Source of the DNA: Myxococcota bacterium
GTDB taxonomy: Bacteria > Myxococcota_A > Polyangia > Polyangiales > Sandaracinaceae
Direction of reading: 5' to 3'
NCBI GenBank assembly: GCA_036149055.1
Contig: JAYZQJ010000114.1
Location: forward strand, 1-13,985
DNA length: 13,985 nt
Position 1 is the first letter of the stretch, and each line of letters begins with the position of its first letter. A model generated the notes under the pieces. The model did not search any database, was not told where the DNA came from, and saw nothing but the letters and a program-made list of their open reading frames with translations. Made by a program: the position numbers and the translations under genes. Below are positions 9,524 through 13,985 of this stretch, one piece after another.

Positions 9524-11740
9524 ATGCGTCGAGTCTGCTTCTCCTTCCTTCTGTCCCTCTCTCTGGTCTCCTGCGCGCAGGGCGGCGTCGACGACGACGC
9601 CGGCCCCACGCCCGAGCCCGACTCGAGCGTCCGCGGCGCCTGCGGCGACGGCGTCCTCGAGGGCGTCGAGGAGTGCGAGGGCGCCAACCTCGATGGCCAG
9701 AGCTGCACCAGCCTCGGGTACGCGGGCGGCGAGCTCCGCTGCCTCCCCGACTGCACGTTCGACAAGGACGTGTGCACCGAAGGGGCGTGCGGCAACGGCG
9801 TCGTCGACGAGGGCGAGGACTGCGACGGCGCGGAGATCGGCTTCGCCAGCTGCGAGCTCGAGGGCTTCGTCGGCGGCGGCACCCTGGGCTGCAACCCGGA
9901 CTGCACCTTCGACACCCGCGACTGCAGCCGCTGCGGAGACGGCGCGGTCGACGCCGGCGAGGAGTGCGACGGAACCAACCTCGGCGGCGCGACCTGCGTC
10001 GACCGCGGCTTCACCGGCGGGACCCTCGCGTGCGGCGCCGGCTGCGGCTTCGACGAGTCGGGCTGCGTGGACGCGAGCTGCGGCGACGGAGCGCGCGGCG
10101 GCAGCGAGGACTGCGACGGCGCCGATCTCGGCGGCGCGACCTGCGCGGACGTCGGCTTCCACGACGGCGCGCTCTCCTGCAACGGCGACTGCACGTTCCG
10201 CGTCGCCGAGTGCCACAACTGCGGCAACGGGAGCGTCGACGGCGTCGAGCAGTGCGACGGCGCCGACCTCGGCGGCGCGAGCTGCGAGACCCGCGGCTTC
10301 ACGCGCGGCACCCTCGGCTGCAACGCGGACTGCACCTTCGACGAGGGCGCCTGCGAGACCGCCGCGTGCGGCAACGGCCTCCTGGAGTCGGGCGAGGCGT
10401 GCGACGACGGCAACGGCGCGAGCGGCGACGGCTGCAGCGCGAGCTGCGCGATCGAGACCGGCTGGAGCTGCAGCGGCGCCCCGTCGAGCTGCGTCGGCAA
10501 CTGCGGCGACGGCATGATCGTCGGCGGCGAGAGCTGCGACGGCTCCAACCTGGACGGGGAGAGCTGCACCGGCCGGGGCTTCACCGGCGGCGCGCTCGCC
10601 TGTGACGGGAGCTGCAACTTCGACGAGTCCGGGTGCACGACGACCAGCTGCGGCGACGGCACCATCGACTCCGGCGAGGAGTGCGACGACGGCAACACGG
10701 TCGCCTTCGACGGCTGCGACGCGACCTGTCAGGTGGAGGCGGGCTTCCACCTCCCGGTGCGCCTGACCGGCGGCGACGGCAGCAACCACGGCCGGGTCGA
10801 GGTCCTCTTCTCGGGCACCTGGCGGGACGTCTGCGACGACACCTACGCCGCCGCCGAGCGGCAGGCCTTCGCCGACGTGGTCTGCCGGCAGCTCGGCTTC
10901 ACCGGCACCGGCCACCAGTTCCTCAGCAGCTTCGGCGGCGGCAGCAACACCCCGCTCATGGACGACGTCCAGTGCACCGGCAGCGAGCCGACGCTGGCCC
11001 AGTGCCCCTTCGCCGGCTGGAACCGGGAGAACTGCTCGGGGATCGAGGCGGTCGGCGTGCGCTGCATGCCCGCGGAGGGCGACATCCGGCTCGTCGACGG
11101 GCCGCACGGCATGGAGGGGCGCCTGCAGGTCTACCACTCCGGCGCGTGGGGCGAGGTCTGCGACGACTACTTCGACGGCTTCTACTCGGCCTACTACGGC
11201 TACAGCACGACCACGGTCTGCCAGCAGCTCGGCTACCGCGACGGCAGCTTCCTCACCACCTACGACGCGCCCACCTCGACCTTCGTGCTCGACGACGTGA
11301 ACTGCACGGGCACCGAGCGCCGCATCGGGGACTGCCCGCACCAGCCGTGGGGCACCGAGAACTGCAGCGCGACCGAGGGCGCGGGCTTCCGCTGCGAGGT
11401 GCACGGGGAGGGCGACCTCCGCCTCGTCGACGGCACGGCGCGCAACCACGGCCGCGTCGAGGTGCTGCACGCCGGCGTGTGGGGCACCGTCTGCGACGAC
11501 TTCATCAGCACGAGCGGGCCGCGCCAGACCGGCTTCATCTCGGTCGCGTGCGGGCAGCTCGGCTTCTCCGGCGCCGGCTCGGCCCCGACGAGCGGCTTCC
11601 CCGACGGCGTCGACCCGACCTGGATGGACGACCTCGACTGCGCCGGCACCGAGGCCTCGCTCCCGATGTGCACCTTCGGCGGCTGGGGCGTCGAGAACTG
11701 CGCCCACTTCGAGGACATCGGGCTCAGCTGTACGCCCTGA
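9524..11740 (+). CDS. Lipoprotein with Cys-rich repeat stalk and three group A scavenger receptor cysteine-rich (SRCR) domains
   Basis: Lipobox-like MRRVCFSFLLSLSLVS-C with GAGG at 9511-9514; eight CG(D/N)G...E.C(D/E) repeats; three domains (10757-11065, 11084-11395, 11417-11731) with (V/I/L)RL..G....GRVEV...G.W..VCDD...C.QLG(F/Y)...DD..C.G.E.....C....W..ENC...E..G..C. Confidence 0.9.
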   Translation: MRRVCFSFLLSLSLVSCAQGGVDDDAGPTPEPDSSVRGACGDGVLEGVEECEGANLDGQSCTSLGYAGGELRCLPDCTFDKDVCTEGACGNGVVDEGEDCDGAEIGFASCELEGFVGGGTLGCNPDCTFDTRDCSRCGDGAVDAGEECDGTNLGGATCVDRGFTGGTLACGAGCGFDESGCVDASCGDGARGGSEDCDGADLGGATCADVGFHDGALSCNGDCTFRVAECHNCGNGSVDGVEQCDGADLGGASCETRGFTRGTLGCNADCTFDEGACETAACGNGLLESGEACDDGNGASGDGCSASCAIETGWSCSGAPSSCVGNCGDGMIVGGESCDGSNLDGESCTGRGFTGGALACDGSCNFDESGCTTTSCGDGTIDSGEECDDGNTVAFDGCDATCQVEAGFHLPVRLTGGDGSNHGRVEVLFSGTWRDVCDDTYAAAERQAFADVVCRQLGFTGTGHQFLSSFGGGSNTPLMDDVQCTGSEPTLAQCPFAGWNRENCSGIEAVGVRCMPAEGDIRLVDGPHGMEGRLQVYHSGAWGEVCDDYFDGFYSAYYGYSTTTVCQQLGYRDGSFLTTYDAPTSTFVLDDVNCTGTERRIGDCPHQPWGTENCSATEGAGFRCEVHGEGDLRLVDGTARNHGRVEVLHAGVWGTVCDDFISTSGPRQTGFISVACGQLGFSGAGSAPTSGFPDGVDPTWMDDLDCAGTEASLPMCTFGGWGVENCAHFEDIGLSCTP
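9641..10740 (+). repeat. Eight Cys-rich protein repeats of two types
   Basis: Six units CGDG.....E.CDG..L.G..C...GF.GG.L.C...C.FD...C and two Myxococcus cysteine-rich (DUF4215/TIGR02232-type) units CG.G....GE.CDDGN....DGC...C, in the order A5-B-A-B. Confidence 0.88.
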
Positions 11741-11765
11741 CCGACCCGGGGTAGGGTCGCGCGCC

Positions 11766-13511
11766 GTGCGCCCCGCATCCGTCTTCAGCTCGCTCTCGCT
11801 CGCGGCGTTCGCGGTCGTGGCCGTCGTCGGCCTCGCGGACGTCGCCCTCGCGCAGGACGTCGCCCGGAGCGCGCCGGAGGGCATGCCGGCGTGGCTCTCG
11901 ATCCTGCCGCCGCTGCTCGCCATCGTGCTCGCGGTCGCGCTCCGCGAGGTCGTGGTGGCGCTGGTCGCCGGCGTCTGGCTCGGGGCGACCTTCGTCAACG
12001 GCTACGACCCCTTCATCGGCCTGCTCCGCACCGCCGACACCTACGCCGTCGGCGCGCTCGCGGACGCCGACCACGCCTCGATCGTGATCTTCAGCCTGCT
12101 GCTCGGCGGCATGATCGGGGTCATCGCCCGCTCGGGCGGCGCGCTCGGCATGGCGGAGCTGGTCACGCGGGTGGCGAAGACCCGGCTCAGCGGCTCGATC
12201 GCGACCTGGCTCATGGGCCTGGCGATCTTCTTCGACGACTACTCGAACAGCCTGCTCGTCGGCACGACGATGCGGCCGATCACCGATCGCCTGAAGATCA
12301 GCCGCGAGAAGCTGGCCTTCCTCGTCGACGCCACCGCCGCGCCCGTCTCGAGCTTCGCGCTGGTCTCGAGCTGGGTCGGGGTCGAGGTCGGCTACATCCA
12401 CGAGCAGTACGCGGCGCTCGGGATCGAGGGCGACCCCTACGTGGTCTTCCTCCAGACCATCCCCTACCGCTTCTACCCGCTGCTGATGATCGCCTTCGTG
12501 CTGATGCTGATCGTCACCAAGCGCGACTTCGGGCCCATGCGCGCGGCCGAACGGCGCTCGCTGCACGAGGGCAAGCTGGTGCGAGACGGCGCGGATCCGG
12601 CGAGCGACTTCGACGCCGAGGATCTGCGGCCGCCCGAGGGCACGCAGCCCCGGTGGATCGACGCGATGATCCCGATCGGCGTCGTGATCGCGACCGCGAT
12701 GATCGGCATGTACCTGACCGGGCACGCGTCGCTGATGGAGGCCCGCGAGGCGGCGCTCGCCGCGCGCGACGCCGCCACCACGCCGGAGGCCGTCCAGCAG
12801 GCCGAGGCCTCGCTGCGGCTCCTCGAGGTCACGCTCCAGAACATCGTCGGCAAGGCGGACTCGCTGAAGGCGCTCCTCTGGTCGGCCCTGCTCGGCGGCC
12901 TCGCGGCGCTCGGCCTCGCGATCGGCCGCCGCACGCTCAGCGTCCGCGCCGCGATGGAGGCCTGGGTCGCCGGCGTGAAGTCGATCAGCCTGGCGGTGAT
13001 GATCCTGGTGCTCGCCTGGGCGCTCGGGCAGGTCTGCAAGGACCTCGAGACCGCGGACTTCGTCATCCAGGCCATCGGCGGCTGGCTCCCGGCCGGCCTG
13101 CTCCCGGCGCTCGTCTTCGTGATCGCCGCCGCGACCAGCTTCGCCACCGGCACCTCGTGGGGCACGATGGGCATCCTCTTCCCCCTCGTCGTCCCGCTCG
13201 CCCACGAGCTCGCCCCGACCGACTCGACCGTGGTCCTGAGCAGCGTCGCCTCGATCCTCGCCGGCTCGGTCTGGGGCGACCACTGCTCGCCGATCAGCGA
13301 CACGACCATCATGAGCTCGATGGCCTCCAGCTGCGATCACGTCGACCACGTGCGCACCCAGCTCCCCTACGCGCTCGCGGTCGGCGGCGTCAGCCTCGTG
13401 GTCGGCGAGATCGCCACCGGCCTCGGCCTCTGGGGCGCCCCGGTCGCCCTCCTCCTCGGCGCCGCCATCCTCTTCGGCATCGTCCGCTTCGTCGGCCGCC
13501 CGGTCGAGTGA
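11766..13511 (+). CDS. Na+/H+ antiporter NhaC family protein
   Basis: Motifs WLSILPPLLAIVLA, IFFDDYSN, SREKLAFLVDATAAP, SFATGTSWGTMGI, GDHCSPISDTTIMSS and DHVRTQLPYAL; many hydrophobic helices; GTG start. Confidence 0.93.
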   Translation: MRPASVFSSLSLAAFAVVAVVGLADVALAQDVARSAPEGMPAWLSILPPLLAIVLAVALREVVVALVAGVWLGATFVNGYDPFIGLLRTADTYAVGALADADHASIVIFSLLLGGMIGVIARSGGALGMAELVTRVAKTRLSGSIATWLMGLAIFFDDYSNSLLVGTTMRPITDRLKISREKLAFLVDATAAPVSSFALVSSWVGVEVGYIHEQYAALGIEGDPYVVFLQTIPYRFYPLLMIAFVLMLIVTKRDFGPMRAAERRSLHEGKLVRDGADPASDFDAEDLRPPEGTQPRWIDAMIPIGVVIATAMIGMYLTGHASLMEAREAALAARDAATTPEAVQQAEASLRLLEVTLQNIVGKADSLKALLWSALLGGLAALGLAIGRRTLSVRAAMEAWVAGVKSISLAVMILVLAWALGQVCKDLETADFVIQAIGGWLPAGLLPALVFVIAAATSFATGTSWGTMGILFPLVVPLAHELAPTDSTVVLSSVASILAGSVWGDHCSPISDTTIMSSMASSCDHVDHVRTQLPYALAVGGVSLVVGEIATGLGLWGAPVALLLGAAILFGIVRFVGRPVE

Positions 13512-13680
13512 GCCTCGTCCCTCGCCGGCCTCGTCTTCGGCGCCTCGCTTCACGGAGTATCGCCGTCGGCGCAGCCGGGATCGTCCCCGGAACGCGCGCT
13601 GCCTCGGTCGCGCGAAGTCTCGTGGTCGGCGCAGGTGAGGGAGAGGGGAGGTGGGAGGCGAGGAGGAATAGGTAGGCGAG

Positions 13681-13854
13681 CCGGCTGCCGCGCCCGCTTC
13701 CGGCCTCGCCTTCGCTGCCGCCCCCGCCCCCGCTACCGCTGCCGCTCCCCGCTCCCCGCTGCCGCTCCCCGCTGCCGCTCCCGCTGCCGGCCTCGCTGCC
13801 GCTGCCGCTCCCCGCTGCCGGCCCCGCCGCCGCTGCCGTGCCTCGCTGCCGGCT
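13681..13854. repeat. Low-complexity degenerate hexa/heptanucleotide tract (GCCGCT / CCCCGCT units)
   Basis: Repeated CCGCT cores; only one A (13735) in 174 nt on the plus strand. Confidence 0.85.
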
Positions 13855-13946
13855 ACGCCCCCGTCGAGTCCGCATGAGAGGCAGACGTGTTGGCGCCTCG
13901 TCCTCCTCCTCCGACGGTGCCGGACGCGGCCGGGCGAGTAAAGGAC

Positions 13947-13985
13947 GCCTGCGGCGCCGGCTTCGCCGGCTGCGGGCCCTGCGGG
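13947..13985. repeat. Stacked short GC hairpins, truncated by the window edge
   Basis: CGCC-TGC-GGCG, GCCGG-CTTCG-CCGGC and (GGG)CCC-TGC-GGG occur back to back. Confidence 0.4.

Noticed and set aside
5749..10740. CRISPR-like or DGR-like reading of the periodic DNA repeats
   Set aside because: The repeats are in-frame, degenerate protein repeats with no constant repeat/unique spacer pattern. There is no cas gene or reverse transcriptase, and I found no template-repeat copy of the lectin 3' end in the window.
8543..11998. 1151-aa minus-strand ORF and the upstream part of the 689-aa ORF (9475-10698)
   Set aside because: Antisense to the SRCR lipoprotein; the Ala/Arg- or Ser/Pro/Gln-rich repeats simply mirror the Cys repeats.
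11724..13675. 609-aa minus and 594-aa plus alternative-frame ORFs
   Set aside because: They overlap the well-supported NhaC-family gene and have low-complexity Arg/Gly/Ala composition.
13390..13877. 161-aa GSGSG-rich ORF (-) and 80-aa ORF (+)
   Set aside because: They are translations of the low-complexity tract; mixed 6/7-nt units argue against coding, and the minus ORF overlaps the antiporter end.

Overview
A very GC-rich chromosomal window with no mobile-element genes, RNA genes or CRISPR array that I can see. The Cys-rich repeat families and DAG/Pro linkers suggest a myxobacterium (Myxococcota, probably Polyangiales-like); this is inferred from protein features, not from a search. Left part: a palindromic repeat cluster, an AstE/AspA-family M14-like hydrolase (-), and a TetR regulator (-) divergent from a Lon protease (+). 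The tetR-lon gap holds overlapping sigma70-like promoters and one 7-9-7 inverted repeat, and a perfect 15-bp hairpin follows lon. Middle part, the most interesting: three predicted lipoproteins built as lipid anchor + Cys-rich repeat stalk + distal head. The heads are (1) a beta-sandwich/beta-propeller-like region with a DxDxDG motif, (2) a C-type lectin domain, and (3) three tandem group A scavenger-receptor cysteine-rich (SRCR) domains, a fold known mainly from animal and other eukaryotic receptors. Between them lie a small DUF4911-like gene and a membrane-anchored alpha/beta hydrolase. Right part: an NhaC-family antiporter, a low-complexity repeat tract, and stacked hairpins at the window edge. 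All family names come from motif recognition by eye; no database search was run.
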